Assembly (NCBI RefSeq): GCF_009914755.1
Contig: NC_060930.1
Reading direction: 5' to 3' (one strand)
DNA length: 64,000 nucleotides
Origin: the human T2T-CHM13v2.0 reference genome, Homo sapiens
The translations under genes and the position numbers were made by a program. The notes beneath the pieces are model-generated. The model had not been told where the DNA came from, searched no databases, and saw only the letters and a program-made list of their open reading frames with translations. Numbering within the stretch: position 1 is the stretch's first letter; every line of letters begins with the position of its first letter. Of this stretch, positions 27,743 to 40,849 are shown piece after piece.

Positions 27743-28118
27743 TGATATGCTTTGTCTCTGTGTCACCACCCAAGATCTCATCTTGAATTGTAATACCCAT
27801 AATCCCCAGGTGTCAAGGGCAGGACCAGGTGAAAGTAATTGGATCATGGGAGTGGCTTACCCCTTGCAATTGTCATGATAATGAGTGAGTCTCATGAGAT
27901 ATGATGGTTTTATAAGCATATGGCATTTCCCCTTCTTACACTTCTTTCTGCCACCTTGTGAAGAAGGTGCCTTGCTTCCCATTCACCTTCCACCATAATT
28001 GTATGTTTCCTTAGGCCTCACCTGCCATGCAGAACTGTGAGTCAATTAAAACTTTTTTCTTTATAAATTACCCAGTCTTGGGTACATCTTTACAACAGTG
28101 TGAAAATGGACTAATACA
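27743..28118 (+). mobile_element. THE1 3' LTR
   Basis: tgatatgc...ggactaataca. Confidence 0.92.
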
Positions 28119-28396
28119 CTCACCAAATACAGTAAGGTCTTTGTGGATTAGAAATATACTGGATTTGACTTTATATTCTCTACATTGCAAAGCAGAGTAC
28201 CTTGCATATAGTATGTTTTTATTTAATATTTCCTAAATGAATGGAAACAGAAGAGAAGTTAAAGGATAAGTCATGGGAGCGGCTGATGCAGTCTCTACCA
28301 GTGTGTCATAAATCCCAAAATATTTGAAAGAAATTATAGTACAGGGATCCACAACACAAAGCTGCTGTCCCAAAGATCCATTTATTCTATTTACTT

Positions 28397-28465
28397 GTCA
28401 AAGTAATAGACAAAGTAATAGACAAAGTAATTGACAAAGTAATTGTCAAAGCAATTACTTTGACA
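28397..28465. repeat. 12-bp tandem repeat x5 plus one inverted copy
   Basis: g(t/a)caaag(t/c)aat(a/t) x5 followed by actttgaca. Confidence 0.9.
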
Positions 28466-28469
28466 TCCC

Positions 28470-28590
28470 TACACTGTCATTTTCTGGTCTATAAATTAGG
28501 GGTAGTAATACTAACCTGTCATAAGGTCTGAGAATGCAATGCTCTAATAGGGCCTAGAACACAGTAAATATTCAATAACATTTATTTGTT
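28470..28590 (+). mobile_element. MIR 3' fragment
   Basis: 'ctataaattaggggtagtaatactaacc...gcctagaacacagtaaatattcaataa'. Confidence 0.6.
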
Positions 28591-28755
28591 ATTAATAAAA
28601 CCTTCATGAAGTTAATATTTCATGTATAATATTCTGTACCTTTTTCTTCCTTTAAAATTAATTGTACATGATTAAACATGCATTTTTTAGAGTATAAGAA
28701 ATAAACACTAATTGTTAAATTATATTTGTTCATATTCTGGATTAGGAGAAATTTA

Positions 28756-29121
<366 letters not shown>

Positions 29122-29308
29122 CTGCTTAATAATAAAAAGAAGTTAGATAATTCATACATGTATTTTGTTACGATTAAAAATAATCTGACAACAAATGAGC
29201 TGAATATAGTAATTATGAAATCAATTTTATGGTTTGTTAAAATGCTAAGGTTAATCTTCACGTAGTTTGAGTTTTTATTGTATTTATCTGCTTCATAATT
29301 TTGATTAG

Positions 29309-29639
29309 TGTAAGGGGAATGGCTGTGGCTTCTGTCTGGAGTAGGCCAAGGCTGACATCCAGTACAGCACGACACAGCGGGTTTGGAGCAGAGGCGCACA
29401 ACCCCATGCACTACATAATTACATTTATGTAGCCATTCGGTTGTAACCTGTTTGTGTGAGCTCATACCTGGCTTTGAGCCACTGTTGTCTGTGAAAAATA
29501 TAACTGCACTGCTGACTCTGTAGGAGAGAGAAAGAATAAGTCCACATCCCACCTGCCTACGGTCCCTCGAGTGTTTTTCAGCTACCCGCCACCCATCTAC
29601 TGACTTCCCTCGGACCCCAGCTTGGGTTGAAATCTGAAA
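29309..29639 (+). mobile_element. ERVL solo LTR, LTR18-like (size fits LTR18A)
   Basis: 'tgtaaggggaatggctgtg...cagcgggtttggagc...cacctgcctacggtccctcgagtg...cctcggaccccagc'. Perfect 5-bp TSD attag (29304-29308, 29640-29644). Confidence 0.8.
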
Positions 29640-31660
29640 ATTAGGTTAATATAACTTTTAATATTGAAAATAGTATTTATTATAGCTTTTAATTTATATT
29701 TTTGTGAATTATTTGACCCAATCTGTGTAAGAAGATGTACATTAGAATATAAAAATACAATTACCAGAAAAATAAAAGATAATTTTTGGTTCTTTCATGA
29801 AACATAGAAACTCAAGAACGAAAATGAATAAAGCTATATTCAATCCAGTCAGTCTTGAATTCATGTAAAATTTTTAGTACTTAACAAAGTTGCAAAGATT
29901 CATACTATTAAAACAGAAAAGTTGTAGAAGTGGTCTAACAATGAAATTCTCAGAAAGTTAGAATTGTCTTGCTTTATTTCTCAGGCATTCCTAACATTAT
30001 GATTTCTGTGACAAAAAGTAATAACTACTCATATATTTACCAGCGCCTGAAAATCAAATGTGTTATAACATGAATTATCATAGAAGTATATGACTATGCA
30101 ATTGCAAATGCAAAAAGTCATGCAACACACTATTTTAATAATATAACAATCATCTTACTGCCAATGTTTTCATTTCACTAATTTCATTGAATCTTATCTT
30201 CTGATAACTGTTTAGCTCTTTAATTAGATATCAAATAATTACACTTTTGAAATGCAGCCAGGCATAGTTTTTTAGTTGCCGTGATAGCATATAGTCATCT
30301 TTATCCTGCACATTTTGTGTTTTATATCCAAGCACGTATCTAATTATCTTTCTGACTGAATTGACTACTTACAGCGCAGGAAGATCTAACACAGGTCATT
30401 TGCAATTGTGCAGTCACAAGTCACAAAAAGAATGAAAAAGAGTGAAGAAAGCCTAAGGTTCTTTTGAGAAACCATCAAGTGAACCAATATACACATTGTG
30501 GGAGTCAAAGAAGGAGAATAAAAAGAGAAAAAGGCAGAAAGCTTATCTAAAGAAATAATAACCAACAACTTCCCAAAGTTTTGGAAGCAAATGACATTCA
30601 GATTTACAAACCCCCTAATACATTGATGCATTATCATCAAATTATCAGAAGTCAATACCAAAGATAATTTTAAAATTAATAAGAGAAAAGTGACATCACA
30701 TACAAGCAACCCTCATAAAACTATCAGTTGGTTTCTCAGCAGAAACCTTTCAGGCAAGAATGGAGTAAAAGGACATACTCAAAGTGCTGAAAGCAAATAA
30801 AACACCTACCATGAATATTATCCCCAGTAAACCTGTTCTTCATAAATGAAGGAGGAATAAAACACTTTCCCAGAAAAACCCTGAGAGAGGTCATCAATAG
30901 CAGGCCTGCCTTACAAGAAATGCTAAAAGGAATTCTGAAAGAATACTAAACAGCAAAATGAAAGTATAAAACTTAATGAGTAAATGTAAATACATAGAAA
31001 AAACAAGAATACTGTAATACCATAATGATAGTAGATAATTCTAATATAAAAGTTAAAAGACAAAAGTACTAAGCATAACCACAAAAATATGTTAATGTAT
31101 ACACAATATAAAATAGGTAAACTGTGAAATCAATAAGATAAAGTACATGCATGGAGGTAAAAGTGTAGAAATTTTATACTGTTTGAATTTAAGTTGCCAT
31201 CAGCTTAAAATAGACTGCTGTAAGACAAGCATGCCTCATGGTAACCATGAAGAATATATCCCTAAATATACACAAATAAAATATATCAGAGTATGTCACT
31301 AAAAAACAAATATAATTCCACAAGAAGATGGCAAGGGAAGGAAATAGGGACAAAATACCTATAAAATAGATAGAATATAAGTTTTTAAAATTTTAATTAA
31401 AAGTCCTCACTTACAATAATTACTTTGAATATAAATGAATTAAACTTCACAATTGAAATACATAGAGTGCCTGAATAGATTTTTAAAAATAAAGATCTAA
31501 CTTTATGCTGTCTATAAGAAACCCACCTTAGCTTTAAGGACTAACACAGGCTAAAAGTCAAGAGATGGAGAAAGATATCCCATGCAAACTGCAAACCATA
31601 GAGAGCAGGTTAGCTATACTTGCATGAGACAAAATATATTTAAGTAAAAAGGTGTTACAA

Positions 31661-31745
31661 AAATATGTTGATAAGTTTTATTTAGTTAGTTCAGAATGTA
31701 TACATGTTTGAAAACATCATATTGAACATAATAAGTAATAACTTT
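31661..31745 (+). mobile_element. Short L1MA-type 3'-end fragment nested in the L1
   Basis: 'aatgtatacatgtttgaaaacatcatattgaacataataag' interrupts the endonuclease region. Confidence 0.6.
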
Positions 31746-32844
31746 CACAGGAAACAAAGAAGATTATATAATGATAACTGGTCAATTCATCAGGAAGATA
31801 AAACAATTACAAATATATAGGCACCCAACATCAGAGCACCTAAATATATACATAAAGCAAACATGACTTATATGAAGGGAGAAACAGACAGAAAAAAATC
31901 ACAGCAGGAGATTTTAATACTCCACTTCAATAATGAATGGGATATCTTAACGAAAAAAAAAAAAAAAAAAAGCAAACCGAGGACTAAAACAATACTATAG
32001 ACCAACGGGACCTAACAGACACATATGAAAGATTCCATACAATAGCAGCAGGATAAACATTGTTTTTAAACATGCACAGAATAATCTTTGGAACAGATCA
32101 CAATTGAGGCCACAATACAAGTCTTAGTAAATTTAAGAAGATTGAAGTCTTACCAAGTATTATTTCCAACCACAAAGAAATGAAACTGAGAATAACAGAA
32201 GACAAACTGAAAAATTAAAAAGAAAAGGTAAGTAAATGATACAATCTTGAACCTACAATGGTCAAAAAAGAAATCAAAATAGAAATTAGAAACTATCTCA
32301 AAATAGATTTTTTTCTTAAAAAAATTAAACCAACAGAAAAACTTAAGGCATGCAGCAAAAGCAATATTGAGGGAAGTTTATAGTTATAAAAGCCTACACT
32401 ATAAAAGAAGAAAGATCTTAAACAATTAACTCTATACCTCAAGAAGCTGGAAAAGGAATAACAAATTAAGCACAAAATTAGCAGAAGGAAAGAAATAAGA
32501 TTTGAAGATAAATAGCCTAGAGAAACAAGAAAAAATGTCAACAAAGTAAAGAGTTGGTTTTCTGAAAAGATAAAATTGACAAAGCTCTAGGTACATGAAC
32601 TAAGAAGAGAGACTACTCAAAATAAAAAAAATAGGAGATATTACAACTGATGCTACAGAAATAAAAATAATTAAATGAGACTACTATTGGCAATTCCTCA
32701 CCAAAAGATTGGATAACCTAAAAGAAATGTATAAATTCCTAGAAACATACAACCTACTAAGACTTATCGTGAAAAAAGAGATAGCCTGATTAGGCCAATA
32801 ACGAAGAAAAAGATTCAATCAGTAATCAAAAATTTCTTAAAAAG

Positions 32845-33213
32845 CCAAACCTGCAGAAGTAAACAGTAAAAGGGTGGTACCAGAGGCCGTAGTATTGGGG
32901 GACTGGGAGATATTAGTCAAAGGACACAAAATTTCAGTTAGACAAGAATAATAATTTCAAGACATCTATTATACATCATGGTGACTGCAGTTAATATCCA
33001 TATATTGTATGATTGAAAGTTGCTAAGATAATTTAAATGTTGAAAGTTGCTAAGAGAGTTTAAAAGTTGTCACCAGAAAAAAAAAAAAGTTAAGTACATG
33101 AGGTAATGTGTATCTTCAATAATGTGATTTAGCCATTCTACCATTATATATAAATACATTAAAGCATCATGTTGGGCACAATGAATATACACAAATTTTA
33201 CTTATCAATAAAG
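32845..33213 (+). mobile_element. L1MA (MA5-MA8-like) 3' UTR nested in ORF2 of the older L1
   Basis: 'gtcaaaggacacaaaatttcagttagacaag...catggtgactgcagttaat...tgaggtaatg...gatttagccattc'. The host ORF2 resumes at 'aagagcccagtaccagatagcttcactgg'. Confidence 0.85.
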
Positions 33214-36200
33214 TATATCTTTATCTTTCTAATGAAGAAGAGCCCAGTACCAGATAGCTTCACTGGTGAACTCTACCAGACAAAGAATAATTAACATTAA
33301 TTCTTTTCGTTAACAGAATGAAGGATAAACATCACATGATCATTTCATTAGATGCAGGAAAAGCATTTGACTAAATTCAGCATGCTCTCATGGTAAAATT
33401 TCTCAAAAACTATGCATAGACGGAATTTAAGTCAACATGATAAAGACTATATATGAAAAGCTCATGGCTAACATAATATTCAAGGGCAAAAAACGGAAAA
33501 CTTTTCCTCTATGATCAGAAACAGGGTGAGAATCGCACTCTCACAACTTCCATTCAACATAGTACTAAATGTTCTAGCCAGAACAATTAGACAAGAAAAT
33601 AAAATAAATGCCATCCAAATCAGAAAGGAAGAATTAAACGTTTATCTGTTTGGAGATGACAGGGTCTCATATGTAGAAAACCCTAATGATCCCCCAAAAA
33701 TCTGTGAGAAATGATAAACAAATTTGGTAAAATTTCAGTATACATAATCAACAAATGAAAATCATGGCTTTTAAAAATTTAGTTTTTTAAATGGTAAGTA
33801 TAAATTACATATATACTTAAAATCAGTTGTGTTTTTATATATAAACAACAAACTAATAATGAAATTAAAGACATAATTTATAATAACATTAAAATAATAA
33901 AATTCTTAGGAATAAACTTAACCATGGAGGTTAAAGACTTGTACACTAAAACTAAAAAATATGATGAAAGAAATTTTAAAAGACATAAATACATGGAAAG
34001 ACATGCTGATTTCATGGTTTAGAAGAATTAATATTGTAAAAATGTCCACAATCACAAAGTGATCTACAGATTCAGTGAAATCCCTGTCAAAATCCCACTG
34101 TCACTTTTTACAGAAATAGAAAAAAAAATTGTGAAATTTGTATGATACCACAAAAGAACCCTCATAGATGAAACAATGTTGAAAAAGAATAAGCTGGAGA
34201 CATCATACTTTCAGAATTCAGATATTACAAAGCTATGACAATTAAAGTAATTTTTGGTAGTGTTGTGTTAGCATAAAAATAGACATATAGAGTAATCAAA
34301 CAGAATAGACAGCCTGGAAATAAACTCATGCATATTTGGTCAATTGTACTTTAACAACTATGCCAAGAATATACAATGAGGAGTGAAATGTTTTCTTCAA
34401 CAAATGCTATTGAGAAACTGGATATTTACATGCAAAATAATGAAATTGGACCCTTATCTTACACCCTACACCAAAATCAACTCAAATTGGGTGAAAAACT
34501 TCAGTGTAAGTTCTTGAAACTTTAAAACTCTTAGAAAAAAATTATGAGGAAAAGCTCTTGACATTGGCCCTATCAACATTTCTTGGATATGATGCCAAAA
34601 GAACAGCCAAAACAATAGCAAATATAAAGAATTATGACTACATCAAAGTAAAAATCTTCTACATAGAAAAGGAAATGATCAACAGCATGAAAAGACAATG
34701 GAATGGGAAAAATATTTGCAAAGCCCATATCTGATAAAGGGTTAATATACAAAATATATAAGGTACTCCTACAATTCAAAAACAAAATCCCAAATAATCT
34801 GATTTATAAATTGGCAAAGAATCTGAATAAACACTTCTCCAAAGAAGAAATACTGATGGCCAACAGGTATATGAAAAAATGCTCAACCTCACGAATCATC
34901 AGGGAAATGGAAATCAAAACCACTATGAGTAATTAATCGACAGCTGTTAGGATGGCTATGATCAAAAAACACAAGATAACAAGTATTGGTGAGGATGTAG
35001 TGAAATTGGAATCTTCATATACTGTTGTAGGTATGTAAAATTGTGTAGTCACTATGGAAAACAGTATGCAAAATTCCTCTCAAAATGGTAAAAACAGTAC
35101 TACCACATGATTCAGAAATCTCACTTCTGAGTATCCATCCAAAATAATTGAAATCAGGACTCGATGAAATAGCTGTGCTCTCATGTTCATTTCAGTATTA
35201 TTTACAATAAGCAAGATAGGGAAACCACCTAAATGTCTATTGATGATAAAATGATGGTGGATGGTGAAACCAAGTGTGGTACATATGTACGATTATTCAG
35301 TCTTGAAGAAGAAGGAAGTCTTGCTACATGCAACAACATGGATAAACCTGAAGGACATTATGCTAAGCAAAAATAAGTCAGCCACAAAAGACTCATGTTG
35401 TATGATTCTACTAATAGGAAGTACCTAAAATAAAATAAAAAAAAAAACAAAGTACAATAGTGATTATCAGATACTGGGTAGAAGGGAAAATGGGAGTTGT
35501 TCATTGGGTAAAAATTTCCGTTATACAAGGTGAATGATTTCTAGAAATCTGCTGTACTACATTGTGCTCATACTTAACAAATTTTCCCTGTAAAATATTA
35601 TGTTGTTTCTGTGTGATGTTAACTAACACAAGCACGTATTTTTGCTTTTGTTTTTAATTTCCACTTTTAAATAGGATCGTCATATCTCAAAATGTCCTAC
35701 CAATATGTAGGGACAGTTATCTCGGAGGTAACACTCTTTTGTAAAATGCAGATAAAAGGAAATGAAAAAAGATTCTAAGGAAGAGGCGCAATATAAGAAT
35801 GCTTTTCTTTTCCATTGCAGTAGTCAGGATATATAACTGGATAGAATTGCCTCTGTTTAGAGAAATAAAAAGAATATATTGGAATCAGTAAATGCATTTT
35901 CTTTGAGTAAAAGGGTTAGCGCACAGATATTTGTAACTTTGGAGATGTCACTCCTATAGCCTCGGGGTTTTAGAAGCAAATTCTGTGCTTGAGATGAATC
36001 CAGCTGAGATCCTGTTTCTCTTAATATGAGAAAGAATGACTTATAAAAGAAGATTTAAAGTACTTGTGTAAGCTTTGAACTAGTCAAGCTGAAACTTAAC
36101 TCCCATTTCGTCTAGTAAAGCTCTTAGTGCCAGAATGTTTTCTGGTTGTAGAGGATAAATGACAATATGTACCAGCAGTAAATTGGCTTATCTTTTGGAC

Positions 36201-37199
36201 CAGAAGAGATACTATAAATGGAAGCTAAATGCCAGTTTTGACAAGTTATGAATACAACTCCCAAGAAGCCAAATACATTTTTAGGATTCTGAACAGCTTT
36301 TTCTTATGTAGTAATTAGACTCTGGTAGAACAGCAACTAAATGGTGTTTACAACATTACAAATAAATTTTAATTTCATCCATATCATTTCACCCCTTAGG
36401 CTGAAGAGTGATGAAACATTATTTATACTTCTATTCAGTTCTTTCTTTTTAAGTGGAGGAAGAGCTAAAGGCAAAATTCCTATAAACAAAAGGAAGCTAA
36501 AATTGAAATCTGTAAGGAAATTATAAAGTTTAAAAAAATAATAACAATTTTTTCATATATGCAAAGAATAGCAGAGTACATATTTATTTCTTTGTATTTG
36601 CAGAAACACCATCAAGCTAAGCCATTTGCAATGTAAATGTTTAATCTAAATATTGTATAGACCAAACAAGAAATGAAGATTATGTATTTCAAATAAAATA
36701 CAACACCAGTAAAGAATATATATCTATATATATACATAAACACACACACACCTATCTGTAGTTAAATGTGAGAGAAAAGTATGTGTTCACCAAATTCAAA
36801 CACCTTAAATAATCTATATTTATAAATTATATGTGGCATAGGTCTTAGTGCTTTATGAATATACAATAAATGCTTTGAATAGATCAAATGCCTACGAAAA
36901 TAATAAAGAGAGTGTCATCTTAAAAGGTGTTCTAGTGGCAATGGATATTTTGCCATCTACATTTATGAATAAAATAAAAATGTCATCAAGATTACATATT
37001 GAGATTCATTCTTTGATAAACAGCAGGGAGTAAGAAAATCATATTCTCTAATATCTGGCACATATTTGTATTGCTGTTTCAAATAGAGAGAAGAATAATT
37101 AAAAAGAAAGAGGTAGTACATTAAGATAAACTTTGCTAAAGAAATACTAAGTACCTAAAAAAGTAGATGAATGGCACAGTATTGGGGTTAAACAACATG

Positions 37200-38180
37200 G
37201 GGATGAACACTGCAAAATAAAGAATTTTGACTCAAAACAGTAGATTCAGCTAATATAACTGATGGAATTTCCAGGGTAATGGGAAATACTCATATTAAAT
37301 GTGAGATTATAAGTATTTTGAAATATGTTTAAGTATGTGGGATGGGCATGAAATAGAGTATACTTTCCACTACATTAATTGAAATGTGTTTTTATTACAA
37401 AACATAAAAATATTGTACACCAACATATCTCCGGACTGCTGCAAATCAGAGGGTTTGGTAATTCTCAATAACTTATTTTATCAAAGGCAAAAGACAAGAG
37501 ATGATATAGGTTTCAAGAACAAAACTGGAACAAATTGATCAACACTTCATGGCAAAGATGAAAAGACTGACAAAGTAAGATGTAGTGACAATGACATGTG
37601 ATTATCCAATTATCTGTTGGAATTCTCATTTACATAAAAACTAGATTGAATATTCTTGATAAGCCTTCTCCCAGTTGATATAGAGAAGATACTTTAGATT
37701 TAATTGTTACCAATTAAGAACTATTTACAATGAACCAGAGATGAAGGGCACCTAAGAAAAAAGTAACCCTATGACCTTTTGTGCGGACAGTTCACGATTA
37801 CCAGATATGATGCAAATAATATTATAACAGCATTCTGAAAAATAGGCATTAAAAATGTTAGGATTTCTTGGTACAACATCATAGATCACTTCAAGCTAAT
37901 GGTCAGGTTTTTGTCCTTAATAAATAAAAGAATAAAGGTACAAGCTTTTTGTTAAGTCTGAAAAAGAATACCTGACAATTTTAATCAGAAGTTTTTTTAA
38001 TGAAGAACAAAAAAAGAGTCATAAGGCATTCTAAGATGAATGCACATTTTAAAATGACATTCAAAGAATAAAAAAGAAAGTCAAGGAATCTGTGCCACAT
38101 ATTGCTATAATTGAGTATCACATCAAATAATATGATTTCAATGATAACAAAGATGTTTGGAAAAATTGCTAAAGGTAACA
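37200..38180 (+). mobile_element. Possible CR1/L3 ORF2 relic
   Basis: 'ttgagtatcacatc...tgataacaaagatgtttggaaaaattgctaa' resembles the CR1 RT (FADDTKL) region. Highly diverged. Confidence 0.35.
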
Positions 38181-38294
38181 AAAAAAGGAACAAAATTATG
38201 TTGCTGTCTAAACAGAAAAGAAAATATTCTATAGTACAAGGCTTGAGAGACTTTGTTATATTTTGTTTTGTTTTGTTTTAATATAAAAGGAACC

Positions 38295-38395
38295 TGTTGT
38301 CAAATGACTTGCCCAAGGTCATATGGTTGTTCAGAAACAGAATTGGAAAAGTCTATTGCTGACTTCGTTTGTTTTACCAAATCAAAACTGCCTCT
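38295..38395 (-). mobile_element. MIR fragment
   Basis: 'aaatgacttgcccaaggtcatatgg'. Confidence 0.65.
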
Positions 38396-38569
38396 ATAAA
38401 AGCTCCAAAAAAAAAAATAGAATAGAGACCCAAGGTATATCATAGGAATCTTAAGATACATGAAAGCTGACAAGAGGAAGTATTAATTGGTCTTGTTTTT
38501 AATCACTCAAGGAATGTGATTAGAAAGGTAGAATAAAAAGATGAAATTAATATGACAATAGATATTCAC

Positions 38570-38720
38570 TCCAATATTCAAAGATGAAATGAGATACCTT
38601 TGGGAAGTACTGAATTATTCCTCTCTCAAAATATTCACACTTGAGTAATAAATATTAGTCAGAAATGCAGGAGTTGGGATTCAAGAATCATTGGGATGGT
38701 AAGAATAAATAAAATTTTGT
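38570..38720 (+). mobile_element. L3/MIR3 3' end
   Basis: 'aagatgaaatgagatacctttgggaagtactgaattattccctctctcaaaatattca...gggattcaagaat'. Confidence 0.55.
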
Positions 38721-40654
38721 ATCTGAGAAGTCAATAATTAAAATTACATGTCAAAAGGAATGATTCTGGGGAAGTGGCAAGCATTTATTTACCTGAGAAC
38801 TTAATAGCTTAATTTCCTAAGAATTTGAGAACCGTTCAAGTAAGCCTTAGTTTGAAGGCTGAGGAACGAGGCAATATAATATTGAAAACATTTGAAGTTT
38901 TTAAATTAGTTAATGAGCCACTACAAATTACAAACCACTGTGTGCCTGATAATATAGTTGGTACCTTGTAAGTGAATGCAAAGCAAATAGATGAAAGAGC
39001 AAATTAACTTTTAGAAAAAGTATTTAAAAATAAAGTGGTCCTTCTTCATTACTCAGCTTTTCATTCTAAATTTATCAACAGGCCATATGACGTATTATTT
39101 GTTTTCATTTTCATTACTCCACTTAAAAACATGAATTTTGTTTACATACAATATTAAGAAAGAAACAGCCAAATCTAAAGCAGTAAACTACCTCAGATAA
39201 TAAATAGCATTTATTCATTGTGTTCTGTTTGACCTTTATGTACTTACTTCTTGGTTTGTGAGTTGATGAGAGATCTCTAAATTACACTGTCCTGGACCAA
39301 ATTGCAGAGTACCTTGTCTGCTTTCTGACTTGGAGTCACAGTTCATCTTGACCTTGCTATTGGTATAAGTATCAGATTGGGTAATGACCTTATTTTTTTG
39401 CTATATTGCAGTCCCTAGTTATCCACTTGGCATTTATGGTCAGCTTTTCATTTACAGCCTGGTGCTGACATTCCCCAGACAATACTGTATGTTACCCTAT
39501 TAGCATTAGTGCTCGCTATCCAAAATCATGCACTAACATAAATCCTCCAGGTCTCCCAGACACATTGTGCTGTGAAATTCTTATGAACTTGAAACAATTT
39601 ACCAGATAATCAACTGTTTTATCTAGGAGTATACCACATCATTATTCACATACCTGCTATTTTCCCACTGACATGAAACATGTTTTCTTTCAAAAGTCAA
39701 AAGAAAAATTAATTATATTTTATTGTGTTTATAAGAGCAAATTACTTTGTGAGGCATAGAAAAAACTATCTTTGAAACATAGCAGTACAATTAGACTTAA
39801 GCAAATAGCACTTGTAAGATTTTTGAAGATATTTGATTTCTATTCTATACCTTTAATGACTTTGAGAAAATATGTGTAGCTTGCATTTCAACCATTTAAA
39901 AGCAAAATGACTTACATTAATATTAATTTATATCTCCTGAAGCATATCACTCATTTTTAACACAGCATTATGCATTGTCATATTTATTCGATGCTAATTT
40001 TTTAAGTGACAATATTCTAAAAGCAATTAGCAATTTTATTGTAGTACAAAAAATAGACAAACCCAGTATTCATTTCATTTTTTTAAAGTCAAAGAGGCTG
40101 AAGAATATCATGGCTCTTTCTACTTTTTTTATGTAGCTATAAACAATAGGCAAATATTTATACAGAAATTTAATTTCCTTTAATTAAATATACTTCAATG
40201 TCCTAATTTATGTATAAAATATAATGATAAATAAAAGTATTTTTTAAACTTTAAATTTTTGGGGAAAGTTTAACAGGAATGAATTTCAGTTCAGGCTTGA
40301 TAATTTCACACAGAGAAATAAAAATTAAGTTAAAATGCTGAATTTTAAAACTCTGCTGGCATATCATGACAGCTTTTCAGGGAAAACATCTATTTTCCTT
40401 TAATAAGATTATGAAAATTAAAGCTCATTATTGTGTTACAAAGATATAGTTTAACAAATGCTATTAATTTCATTGGTCTTAATTGTTTTATTAGGATATA
40501 ATTATTTAAAGGTGACAACATTCATAAATTAGTTTTCTTTAAATTTGTTCAATTGCAGATGTGACATGACATGACTGTACAAAAGTGTGTGGTTTAAACA
40601 CTGGTCACCTAACTTATTAAGGATCTATTTTGTTTTTCTTGTTTTAACATATGG

Positions 40655-40845
40655 CAGTAGTTCTCAGAGTGTGGTCTTTGAGGTTGGCAGTATCACCATC
40701 ACCTGGAAACTTATTAGAAAAGCAAAATCTCTGGCCTCTCATCCTAGCTGACTGAATCAGTAACTGGGGAGAGGGTCAAGCATTGTTATGTCTTAACAAG
40801 TCCAATGGATAATTCAGATACACATTAAAGGTCAAGAATCATTAA
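40655..40845 (+). mobile_element. MER5A hAT MITE
   Basis: 'cagtagttctcagagtgtggtc...catcacctggaaacttattagaaaagcaaaatctc...actgaatcag...ttaacaag'. Confidence 0.8.
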
Positions 40846-40849
40846 CCTA

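Larger units (their letters stand above)
25449..28118 (+). mobile_element. Full-length THE1 (THE1C/D-like) ERVL-MaLR provirus: LTR-internal-LTR
   Basis: 5' LTR 25449-25825 (tgatatgg...ctaataca), internal region starting 'gtaaatcggtacc', purine tract before the 3' LTR, 3' LTR 27743-28118. TSD ctcaa/ctcac. Confidence 0.95.
30385..35582 (+). mobile_element. Old L1 (L1MA9-L1MB-type), 5'-truncated: ORF1 3' part, decayed ORF2, 3' UTR
   Basis: Endonuclease remnant near 31400-32200, RT remnant (peptide 'LPFNIVLNVLARTIRQE...YLFGDD' in ORF 33511), C-terminal remnant ('[13 protein letters not shown]...' in ORF 34703), and a 3' UTR ending 'ttctagaaatctgctgtactacattgtg'. Many stops and an internal deletion near 33310. 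Confidence 0.93.

Noticed and set aside
28397-28465. Repeat array as CRISPR-like or other prokaryotic system
   Set aside because: The units are contiguous with no spacers, there are no cas genes, and the DNA is clearly primate nuclear.
33511-34936. RT-like and L1 ORF2 C-terminal peptides as an active retroelement
   Set aside because: Fragments of a heavily mutated, 5'-truncated, internally deleted L1 with many stops and frameshifts.
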